Shown in pieces: positions 56,223 through 64,000 of a stretch of DNA of 64,000 bases; positions within the stretch are counted from its first letter, which is position 1, and the number at the start of each line of letters is the position of its first letter. The stretch is from assembly GCA_944377165.1 (NCBI GenBank), contig CALWEJ010000002.1:69764-133763 (forward strand). Reading direction: 5' to 3'. The notes beneath the pieces are model-generated. The model made no database searches. It was not told the origin of the DNA and was given only the letters and a program-made list of their open reading frames with translations. The position numbers and the translations under genes were made by a program. Source of the DNA: an uncultured Clostridia bacterium. Lineage in GTDB: Bacteria > Bacillota > Clostridia > Christensenellales > UBA1242.

Positions 56223-58787
56223 ATGAACATTTTCAATGAAATTGATAGATTCTTTAGTTCACTATATGGTTATTTAACACTTAACGATTCATTCTTAATA
56301 TTTTTAGGAGTGTTTTTGTTCGTCATTTTAGTGACTATTATTTCAACATCAAAATCATACGAAGCAAAATTAATAAAAACAATTGATATGTTTAATAATT
56401 ATTTCATATCTAATCCGCAAATTAATGAGGCTAACTTAGTTTCGTTTAATAATCGTATGAAAATGAGCAAAGTCCCTAAACATTTGCGTAAACAATGGCA
56501 ACAATTTGTTCTTTATCGTGACCATCCAGCAAGTTATTATATGTCATTTGATATATGTGTTTCTTCTCCGATAAAAAACAGTACATTTAAACGCGATATT
56601 ACAACAATGAATATTATCGCATACATATTAGCAATCGTCAGTTTCTTATTTAATCTTTATTCTGTAATGGCTACCGACCTTGTTTCAGTATTACAACAAA
56701 CATTGCTATGTCCTATATTCATATTAGTATTAAATTATATTGTCACAATTTTCTTAGATATTCGTCATAATGCTATTGTAAGTGACCTAAATCAAAACTA
56801 TCAATATTTTGAAGTTAATATGGATAAGGCTACTCAAACTTTGCCTGAATATGTTGACTATGAAGTCCTATTTGACCGAAATGAAATTAAGCGCGGAATT
56901 CCAATACTTTACTCGTATTTACAAAGACGTGCCGAAGAAGAGAAGAAAGAATTGGAGCGCGCACGTCTGCGCAATGTAGAACACGAGAAATTTAATTTCG
57001 ACGAAGCTGGTGTCGAAAGTTCGCTAGTACTAGAACGTGCAATGCAGGAAGCGGAAAGTTATATTGCAGAACGTAAAAAGTTTATGCAAGATATGGAACA
57101 AGTAAATAACGATATAACGCAAGAAGAAATGAACTTCCGTGAAATTACTAAAGAATATCAAAGACAAATGCAAGTCAGCAAAGAGTCCTTTGAGAACTTT
57201 AAGACTCAACTTAATGAGGCAGCTAGTGCTATCGAAGCAAACTATTTGAAAAAGCAACAACAACAAGAACTTGATAGACAACGAAACTTGGAAAGAGATT
57301 ATGATACGGCTACCGATAGACATAAGAAAGTATTGGAAGGTTATCAAGAAGAACTTACCGCAATTGAAAACGACATTAAAGCGGTAAGGACTAACCTTGA
57401 AAAAGGTATGATGAGCGAATTCGACACATATAGCTCTAAAGTATATAAAGCTGCTGTTAAACAGGCTGAAGAATCTCAAAGCAAGAAAGTTAAAGGTCTT
57501 CAAGACAAAATCAAAGAATTGGAAACAAAACTTGCTAATGCGGATAGTGAATTATCTAATATAAAATCACAACAACCAAATCAGCAACAAGATAATCAAA
57601 CCACAGATAATGGACAAGTTGATAAGCAAGTTGCAGAGCAAGTTCAGCCAGTTATAAATAATGAAAGTCAAGAATATTATAATCCTGAAGATGGTCAAGC
57701 AGAAACTGCAGAAGTTGAAAATACTCAAGATAATAATTCAGAAAACTCCTACAACAATAGTTTAGATGATTCTCAAGTTGAAAATAACGGTTATCAAGAA
57801 GAAAATTATGATACTAAACAAGAGCTAGAGAGTACTGAGAACGAACAAAATGAATATTTGTCGCAAAATGACAATGAACAACCTTTTACCTTCAATTATC
57901 TAGACGAAGATAATCAATCTGAACAACCTACAAGTGAAGACGATACAATGTCTTTAGAAGAAGGGCAGGACGATAATAATGAGGGAATAGCAAACGAAAC
58001 AAATAATTTAGATAATAACGAACCTATTGCAAAAGATGGGGAAGCAATAGGCGAGCCATTCGACACTGTTCAAAGTGAAAGCATTAATCAAAAGAAAAGA
58101 CCGGGCAGACCAAGAAAAGAAAAGGTAGAGAAAGAACATCGCCCAGTAGGTCGCCCTAAGAAAGTTGTTTCAGAAGAAGTGACTAGCGAAAAGAGAAAAG
58201 TCGGCAGACCTAAAAAAGAAACAAACGTAGATGCTTCAAGTGAAACAGAGAAAAAGAGGGTTGGACGACCTAGGAAAGAAACAAACTTAGCCGATGAGAG
58301 CACAACGGAAAAGAAGAAAGTCGGCAGACCTAAAAAAGTCGTAGATGAAAATGCAGAAGCAAATCTTCCAAAACGCGGACGTGGTCGTCCGAAAAAGGTT
58401 ATAGAAAATCCTCAAGAAAGTATAGAAGAATATGACGTTAAACCTACGATAGATTCGAGTGTAGAACCAACGGTTAATGAAGTTGATAATCAACTAGAAG
58501 CTGAAAATCAAGTTGAAACACAATCGGATTTAGACGAAAACAAGGCTAAAGAACCTACAGTAAAAAAGAGGGGAAGACCAAAAAAAGTTGTAGAGAATAC
58601 TGAAGCCGAACCTGTAAAAGAGAATGTAGAAATTCCTAATGAGGAAGAAGGCGACAACGTAGAAGATATTGACGCATATTTAAAGAAAATAGACGAACAA
58701 ATTGCTGAAGAAAATGCAAAAATCGCGGAATCTGAAAAGCAATTAGAGAAGAAATCTAGAATATCGCGTAGAACGACTAAAAAATAA
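56223..58787 (+). CDS. membrane-anchored coiled-coil protein with seven C-terminal AT-hook motifs
   Basis: About 3 N-terminal TM helices, long coiled coil, acidic Q/N/E/D-rich linker. Then RPGRPRKE, PVGRPKKV, KVGRPKKE, RVGRPRKE, KVGRPKKV, RGRGRPKKV and KRGRPKKV (DNA 58090-58590). Confidence 0.8.
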   Translation: MNIFNEIDRFFSSLYGYLTLNDSFLIFLGVFLFVILVTIISTSKSYEAKLIKTIDMFNNYFISNPQINEANLVSFNNRMKMSKVPKHLRKQWQQFVLYRDHPASYYMSFDICVSSPIKNSTFKRDITTMNIIAYILAIVSFLFNLYSVMATDLVSVLQQTLLCPIFILVLNYIVTIFLDIRHNAIVSDLNQNYQYFEVNMDKATQTLPEYVDYEVLFDRNEIKRGIPILYSYLQRRAEEEKKELERARLRNVEHEKFNFDEAGVESSLVLERAMQEAESYIAERKKFMQDMEQVNNDITQEEMNFREITKEYQRQMQVSKESFENFKTQLNEAASAIEANYLKKQQQQELDRQRNLERDYDTATDRHKKVLEGYQEELTAIENDIKAVRTNLEKGMMSEFDTYSSKVYKAAVKQAEESQSKKVKGLQDKIKELETKLANADSELSNIKSQQPNQQQDNQTTDNGQVDKQVAEQVQPVINNESQEYYNPEDGQAETAEVENTQDNNSENSYNNSLDDSQVENNGYQEENYDTKQELESTENEQNEYLSQNDNEQPFTFNYLDEDNQSEQPTSEDDTMSLEEGQDDNNEGIANETNNLDNNEPIAKDGEAIGEPFDTVQSESINQKKRPGRPRKEKVEKEHRPVGRPKKVVSEEVTSEKRKVGRPKKETNVDASSETEKKRVGRPRKETNLADESTTEKKKVGRPKKVVDENAEANLPKRGRGRPKKVIENPQESIEEYDVKPTIDSSVEPTVNEVDNQLEAENQVETQSDLDENKAKEPTVKKRGRPKKVVENTEAEPVKENVEIPNEEEGDNVEDIDAYLKKIDEQIAEENAKIAESEKQLEKKSRISRRTTKK

Positions 58788-58815
58788 AAAGACGGATACT
58801 AATCCGTCTTTTTTA
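58788..58815. terminator. bidirectional terminator
   Basis: AGACGGA (58790-58796) / TCCGTCT (58803-58809), flanked by A- and T-runs, between convergent genes. Confidence 0.8.
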
Positions 58816-58853
58816 AATAGGCATTTAATATTTAACTAGAAATAATAATTAAT

Positions 58854-59039
58854 TTATTTATTTAAAGCTTTTAGTAATTCATTCACATCTATTTGATGGA
58901 CATAACAAGCTTCTTCTAATGTCTCACCTTGTGCAGAAGGACAATATATGCAGTGGAAACCAAAACTCGTTAGAATTTCTTCTGCTTTTTTATGATTTTG
59001 TAATACATAACTAATTAAATCTGTAGATTTAAATTTCAT
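58854..59039 (-). CDS. DUF1858-type redox-disulfide small protein
   Basis: From MKFKSTD (ATG at 59039). FGFHCIYCPSAQGETLEEAC...IDVNELLKALN is typical of hybrid-cluster-associated DUF1858 proteins. Confidence 0.65.
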   Translation of the reverse strand: MKFKSTDLISYVLQNHKKAEEILTSFGFHCIYCPSAQGETLEEACYVHQIDVNELLKALNK

Positions 59040-59137
59040 AATACCTCCAAAATTGCAAATACTAAAATTGCAATACATTAAAAAATTATATACTCCACTT
59101 TTAGATTAGTCAAGAAAATATAACTATAAAACATTTC

Positions 59138-59166
59138 TTGACATTATTTATGCTAGATATTATAAT
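59138..59166 (+). promoter_or_regulatory. consensus sigma-70-type promoter of the LtaS-like gene
   Basis: TTGACA at 59138-59143, exactly 17-nt spacer, TATAAT at 59161-59166. The track start codon (TTG at 59138) is actually the -35 box. Confidence 0.7.
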
Positions 59167-59182
59167 ATTTATAAGGAAAAGT

Positions 59183-61387
59183 ATGGGTAAGACGGTCGCA
59201 AATAAGTTGCTTATCTTGTTGTATTTTGTGGTGAGTGCGCTAATTTTAGAAGCGGTCACCTTTTATTTGCTCGACCTAGGCGGTATGCCTGATTATTTTT
59301 GGTACGATTTTGCTATTATATTTTTTATAGCACTTTTGATTTATGCTATACCGAATTATACTGCACAGTTCGCTGTATCTTGCGTCGTGCTCGGAATTCA
59401 AATTGTACTTATTTACACTAACTATTCGCTCACTATGATATATGGCGATTTGTTCTCGTTTGATATGTTTAATCTGATGGGCGAAGCTGTGAATGCTGTG
59501 ACAACGAATTTTATATATTTTTCAATCTTATGTTCACTTATTACATTATATATGGTTATCGTAATTTTAGGTACACTTTTGTTAAAGTACGTGAAGCGCG
59601 ACAAAGTAGATGCTAAACAACATTATTCTTCACTTATGGTCATTTTGCTAGTTGTTATGCAAGTATTTTCGCTGGGAATAATCGCCTATGATAGATATAA
59701 AGTAAATAATGATGTATCTCTTCAAGATTCCGACTATTATACAAGCGACGCATTTTTAATGAACTCAACATTGCTTAAAAAGAGTAGTTATTCAAAGTTC
59801 GGAACTTACGGATATTATACCAATTTGTTATTTAGTTTAGTTGCGCAAAAGGACCAAGAAGTAATAAATGCTACAATTTCATACTTTAATAACGGCAATA
59901 TGTATGATGGTACTTTTGTTGATTCAGAAAATAACGAAGTTGTCTCTAACAAAGTGTTCGGAATAGATGAAGGGAATAATGTTGTCGTTATAATGATGGA
60001 GTCACTCGAGTGGTTTGCATTTGGTGACGGCAACTATGACAATAGCTTTTCAAATTTCTCATACGAATTAACACCAAATATCTATTCGTTAGTTTATGAT
60101 AATAGTTTAATTGGTACAAATTTCTTCGCAAAGTCTAAAACTAATATATCTGAGAGCTATGCTATATTAGGTATGTATCCTATTGGCGAAACACTTAAAG
60201 ATGTAGTAAAAGATGAAGATGTTGATTCAAATATCTTAGGCTACTCAATGCCGAACGTGCTACAAGAAATGGGTTATACCACTAACTACGTACACTCGAA
60301 TGTAATTAGTTTTTACAATAGAGACGATAGTCATAATTATTTAGGTTTTGATAACGTAATTGGTAAAGATAATTTGACCGATTCTAATGGAGAAAAAGTT
60401 TATACTGGTAAAGAATTGAATTGGGATAATTGGGCGCCTGAAGAAGATTTCGTAAATAATGCAATGGAGTATATTATTCCTAGTGATTATGAAGAAAATC
60501 CTTTTTATACATTTTATCTTAATGTTTCATCGCACGGAGCATATACCGAATCTGCAAATCAAAATGATGGCGACGCACTTAGATACTATGATTATGTAAT
60601 GTATGGTAAAGAAAATTGTGTTCAAGACGATGACGGAAATTGGCAATTAGATGATGAAGCTAAGCGCGATAATCCAGATTATTATACTGAATGGTATTCA
60701 AATGTTGTTAACAAATTTTCTGAAACTGACCCTAGTTTAATTACACAACTTGTTTATTACGAATGTGGAGCTATAGGGCTAGATTCAGCTATTGGTGCTA
60801 TAGTCAATAATTTGAAAAATACTTATTATAATAATGGCGAAAGCTTGTACGATAATACGACGATTGTACTTTTCTCAGACCACTATGCCTATTATGACAA
60901 TTTGTCTAGTAGATTTAAGCGCGGTATAAATGAAAGCGGGGTCGAAGATATAGAGGTAAATACTATTCCGTTAATAATTTCCAGCCCGGGGCTTCGTTCA
61001 TTAGTGTCAAATAGTACAACTTCACTTGATTATATTATAAATGATAGATTTAGTTCCGCTTATGATATTATTCCTACACTTTTTGACCTTTTGGGAATAA
61101 CGTTTAATGAAAATTTCTATGTGGGACATTCGCTATTTAGACCAGCTGATTATGTGTATGTAGATAAGTTTGGCAATAGAGATATGGTGGTGTATTATTC
61201 AAATACTGGCGGAATATTCAGTAAAGATATATATACGTATGACTTAACTCATTTCAATTATGTTGATGAGGAATATGAAAATTTAACTAAATATTTTATT
61301 TCTGAGTCATATAACGTGATACAAAAAATAAATTATTTAAACATTTTAAATAAATATAATTTATACAACAATGTAAATTTGAAATAA
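59183..61387 (+). CDS. LtaS-family (sulfatase-fold) lipoteichoic-acid synthase / phosphoglycerol transferase-like enzyme
   Basis: ATG at 59183 after AAGGAAAAG. 5 N-terminal TM helices followed by an extracellular sulfatase-like domain (VVIMMESLEWF..., FSDHY). Confidence 0.7.
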   Translation: MGKTVANKLLILLYFVVSALILEAVTFYLLDLGGMPDYFWYDFAIIFFIALLIYAIPNYTAQFAVSCVVLGIQIVLIYTNYSLTMIYGDLFSFDMFNLMGEAVNAVTTNFIYFSILCSLITLYMVIVILGTLLLKYVKRDKVDAKQHYSSLMVILLVVMQVFSLGIIAYDRYKVNNDVSLQDSDYYTSDAFLMNSTLLKKSSYSKFGTYGYYTNLLFSLVAQKDQEVINATISYFNNGNMYDGTFVDSENNEVVSNKVFGIDEGNNVVVIMMESLEWFAFGDGNYDNSFSNFSYELTPNIYSLVYDNSLIGTNFFAKSKTNISESYAILGMYPIGETLKDVVKDEDVDSNILGYSMPNVLQEMGYTTNYVHSNVISFYNRDDSHNYLGFDNVIGKDNLTDSNGEKVYTGKELNWDNWAPEEDFVNNAMEYIIPSDYEENPFYTFYLNVSSHGAYTESANQNDGDALRYYDYVMYGKENCVQDDDGNWQLDDEAKRDNPDYYTEWYSNVVNKFSETDPSLITQLVYYECGAIGLDSAIGAIVNNLKNTYYNNGESLYDNTTIVLFSDHYAYYDNLSSRFKRGINESGVEDIEVNTIPLIISSPGLRSLVSNSTTSLDYIINDRFSSAYDIIPTLFDLLGITFNENFYVGHSLFRPADYVYVDKFGNRDMVVYYSNTGGIFSKDIYTYDLTHFNYVDEEYENLTKYFISESYNVIQKINYLNILNKYNLYNNVNLK

Positions 61388-61390
61388 TAT

Positions 61391-61437
61391 AAAGTGCTTA
61401 ATTAAAGTAATCGCTACTTTTATAAGCACTTTTTATT
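61391..61437 (+). terminator. terminator after the LtaS-like gene
   Basis: AAAGTGCTTA (61391-61400) / TAAGCACTTT (61423-61432), with a nested small stem and TTTTATTT. Confidence 0.5.
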
Positions 61438-61501
61438 TAAACGACCTCATTAAAAGAAAGAAAAAATAATATAAATATTTATAAAATTTTTAGAAAATTT
61501 G

Positions 61502-61530
61502 TTGACAATCAAAATTTTTTAATATATAAT
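61502..61530 (+). promoter_or_regulatory. consensus promoter of tRNA-Asn
   Basis: TTGACA at 61502-61507, 17-nt spacer, TATAAT at 61525-61530, 14 nt upstream of the tRNA. Confidence 0.75.
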
Positions 61531-61544
61531 AAGTACGTTTAGTT

Positions 61545-61619
61545 GCCTCGATAGCTCAATGGTGGAGCACTCGGCTGTTAACCGATAGGTTGTAGGTTCG
61601 AGCCCTACTCGGGGCGCCA
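61545..61619 (+). tRNA. tRNA-Asn (anticodon GTT)
   Basis: 75 nt: GCCTCGA...TCGGGGC acceptor, anticodon loop CTGTTAA, T arm GTAGG-TTCGAGC-CCTAC, encoded CCA. Confidence 0.92.
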
Positions 61620-61634
61620 AAATTATAATGAATT

Positions 61635-61666
61635 GTAGTGTAAGATTACTTGCACTACTTTTTTTA
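61635..61666 (+). terminator. rho-independent terminator after tRNA-Asn
   Basis: GTAGTGTAAG (61635-61644) / CTTGCACTAC (61649-61658), followed by 8 T. Confidence 0.85.
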
Positions 61667-62038
61667 TTTATTACAAACCTAAGTTGACTTGAACAATATA
61701 TATTGTCAATAGTTAAATTATGACTTAAAATTGACATAAATATGGAGATAATTGTGTTGATTAAATGATATTGTCCTTTTTTATTCTAATAGTAAAAGGT
61801 TAATAGTTAATATGATGTTTTGATTATTTTTATGGTTTATAATAATTAATGTATATATAGTAGATATAGTGGTAAAAAGATATGCAAGATATTAGTTTTC
61901 TAAATAAAAAGTAGCACACACATATAAATTCAGTAGCACATACTATAAATTCAAACAATAAAGTTATCTTAAAACGCAAATTTCGATTGACAAACATAAG
62001 TAAAATATATTAACATTAAATTAGGAAAGGGAGGTATT

Positions 62039-62548
62039 ATGAAAAAATCTAAATCTAAATTAAAACTATTTAATGTGATTATGATTTTCGCGACAGTTGC
62101 TCTTGCTGTAATGACATTTGTTTCTATGTCATTTAAGTTCGTAATAACGAACGGCGAAGTACTAGGTTTCAGTGGTTCAAAAGAAATGGCTTTGGGCGAT
62201 TGGATGGACTTAGTTTCAGAAGCAACTATTGAGCAATTCGACGTGTGGAAAACTGCGCGCGTATTTATGATTGTGTTATTAGTTTTAGTTGCAATATTGG
62301 CGGTTGCTACACTTTTAAAATTCATTCTTAAAGGGAACAAAATCCTTGATTTAGGTGTGCAAATTTTAGCAATATTGACACTTGTTTGTGCTATTGTATT
62401 TATTGTATTAATGTACGTCGGCGCAAACAATCTAAATGCGGACATTGGAGTAGCATCAAGTGGATACACAGTTTCTGCCGGGGCTTTGTGTATGGCTATA
62501 TTCGGTGGATGTGGTGCGATTACAGGCTTCTTAGCAGTCAAGAAATAA
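62039..62548 (+). CDS. hypothetical integral membrane protein (about 4 TM)
   Basis: RBS GGGAGG. 169 aa. The hydrophobic helices are on this strand; the antisense 190-aa ORF is a shadow. Confidence 0.6.
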   Translation: MKKSKSKLKLFNVIMIFATVALAVMTFVSMSFKFVITNGEVLGFSGSKEMALGDWMDLVSEATIEQFDVWKTARVFMIVLLVLVAILAVATLLKFILKGNKILDLGVQILAILTLVCAIVFIVLMYVGANNLNADIGVASSGYTVSAGALCMAIFGGCGAITGFLAVKK

Positions 62549-62699
62549 AAAATTAGATTTTTAAATTACAAGTATCAGGATTATAATTTAGCATATAATT
62601 TTGATGCTTGTTTTTTATTTTATAAAAATTACAACAAATTTTTCTAAACCTATTTACAAACCGACAAAAATATGATAGCATATCAACGCGAGGTTAAAT

Positions 62700-64000
62700 A
62701 TGCAATTAATTTTCGATTTAATTAAATATCAAGGCAACATACCGCTACCTTCGCCTATGTATGCTTTTATATATTATTTTTGTCAAGTAATGGGATTAAT
62801 TTTCTGCTTAATGTATTTTCATCAGACAATTTATATTATTGTGGGGTCTTTTAAACATTTTAAATTTAAAGGTACTAATTATAATAAACACAAATACGGG
62901 ATTGTTATTAGTGCAAGAAATGAAAGTAAAGTTATCGCAAACTTGATTAATAGCATTAAAGCTAGCGATTATCCGCAAGATTTATTGAAGATTTTCGTAA
63001 TTGCAGATAATTGTACTGATAATACTGCACAAATTTGTCGTGATATGGGCTGTATTGTGTTTGAACGTTTCAATAAAGAAAAGGTGGGTAAAGGTTATGC
63101 ACTTAACTTCCTTTTCACTAAATTGCACACAGAACCAGAGTTTGCAGATATTATTCCGGAAGCCTATATTGTCTTAGATGCAGATAATGTTATTAAACCA
63201 GATTTTATAACCGAAATGAATAAAGCTTATGACAGCGGATATGAGATGGCTACGTCGTATCGTAATTCAAAAAATATGGGCAAAAATTGGATTAGCGCAG
63301 GCTATGGATATTGGTTTATGCACGAAGCAAGACATTTAAATAACTCTAGAATGATGCTAAATTCTTCGTGTGCTATTTCAGGTACAGGATTTTTAGTAAG
63401 CTCAAAAGTCGTTAAAGAATATGACAACTGGAATTTCTTTATGCTTACAGAAGATATTCAATGTTCTACTGAATATGCGCTTTCAGGTAGAAAGGTGGCA
63501 TATGTTAGTACTGCTGAATTATATGATGAACAACCTGAGACTTTCCGTCAGGCTTGGCGTCAGCGTGAGCGCTGGGCTAAAGGCTTTTATCAAGTTTTTG
63601 GAAAGAACGGCGGTAAATTATTAAAAGGTTCGTTTAAGAATTTTGCTTGTTGGGATATTTTGACTACAATTTTCCCTGCACTTATAATTACTATGTTAAT
63701 GTTGATAGTAATGCCTATATGTGCAGTTATTAGCCTATTTATGGGCGAGTTTTATACTGCGTGGTACGCGATAGAATCTGTACTGTGGTCGTTTGGCTCA
63801 CTTGGAATTCTTATGCTCATAATAGGGGCAACGATTGCTATAACAGAATGGAAAAAGATAAAGACATCTAATTGGAAAAAAATCTTATATATATTCACTC
63901 TACCAATATTTATGTTTACTTATATTCCTATTGCTATCGCAGCCTTATTCAAGAAGGTAGAATGGAAGCCTATTACTCATACGGCGAATGTTTCTATTGA
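62700..64000 (+). CDS. family-2 glycosyltransferase, processive membrane-embedded type (3' end beyond window)
   Basis: Not in the ORF track because it has no stop within the window. ATG at 62700 after GAGG. ISARNES, DADN (DxD), TEDIQ and RQRERWAKG (QxxRW), followed by C-terminal TM helices. Confidence 0.75.
   Translation, partial: MQLIFDLIKYQGNIPLPSPMYAFIYYFCQVMGLIFCLMYFHQTIYIIVGSFKHFKFKGTNYNKHKYGIVISARNESKVIANLINSIKASDYPQDLLKIFVIADNCTDNTAQICRDMGCIVFERFNKEKVGKGYALNFLFTKLHTEPEFADIIPEAYIVLDADNVIKPDFITEMNKAYDSGYEMATSYRNSKNMGKNWISAGYGYWFMHEARHLNNSRMMLNSSCAISGTGFLVSSKVVKEYDNWNFFMLTEDIQCSTEYALSGRKVAYVSTAELYDEQPETFRQAWRQRERWAKGFYQVFGKNGGKLLKGSFKNFACWDILTTIFPALIITMLMLIVMPICAVISLFMGEFYTAWYAIESVLWSFGSLGILMLIIGATIAITEWKKIKTSNWKKILYIFTLPIFMFTYIPIAIAALFKKVEWKPITHTANVSI

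Noticed and set aside
59138-59182. ORF-track start (TTG at 59138) of the LtaS-like gene
   Set aside because: That TTG is the first base-triplet of a perfect TTGACA-17-TATAAT promoter. The real start is the ATG at 59183 behind AAGGAAAAG. Similar 5' over-extensions were trimmed for the spoVT, MTase-1, xis, rep-like, STAND-like and DUF1858 genes.
61969-62541. 190-aa antisense ORF opposite the 169-aa membrane protein. Similar shadow ORFs lie at 57030-57503, 46530-46874, 13038-13436, 10943-11242 and 38466-38840.
   Set aside because: These are shadow ORFs inside longer, motif-supported genes on the other strand. They have no RBS and low-complexity or implausible composition.

Overview
AT-rich (roughly 30% GC by eye) chromosomal segment of a low-GC, spore-former-type Bacillota, read with the standard genetic code. 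Lineage markers are spoVT, a SpoVB/YabM-like flippase, yabP-yabQ-divIC, an LtaS-like enzyme and alr. The window has three blocks. (i) 0.7-12.7 kb: an initiator tRNA-Met followed by two extra tandem ~190-bp units, each re-copying 25 nt of the tRNA T-arm. Next comes a Gram-positive-type conjugative T4SS module: VirD4-like coupling ATPase, pilin-like small membrane protein, VirB6/TcpH-like polytopic protein, and VirB3-VirB4-like ATPase. No relaxase or integrase is in view for this module. (ii) 14.66-32.56 kb: a 17.9-kb integrative island bounded by the 8-bp direct repeat CTTAGGAG. The repeat lies in the anticodon loop of a host tRNA-Arg(CCT), which is now split into a 3' half (14626-14669) and a 5' half (32556-32595). 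The island does not rebuild that gene; it carries its own complete, sequence-divergent tRNA-Arg(CCT). It also encodes a tyrosine integrase, Xis, and a Rep-like wHTH protein flanked by hairpin and iteron arrays. Its defence-type cargo is a 1146-aa SF2 helicase with a nuclease-like tail, an R-R-M-M-ASCH cassette with two C5 cytosine methyltransferases, and a 1577-aa P-loop STAND-like NTPase. (iii) 32.8-64 kb: housekeeping genes (dus, flippase, HU, tadA, M14 peptidase, rlmH, two CPBP proteases, queH, alr, YugP-like peptidase, tRNA-Asn, GT2). This block also holds an 11-kb gene for a 3665-aa GLUG-repeat lipoprotein, a membrane-anchored protein with seven AT-hooks, and a stand-alone GlmU acetyltransferase half. 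The best candidates for something undescribed are the tRNA-splitting, tRNA-replacing island as a whole, its giant STAND-like NTPase, the helicase-nuclease with its small-gene trio, and the ~60-bp-periodic hairpin array upstream of the Rep-like gene. All functional calls rest on motifs read by eye; no database search was possible.
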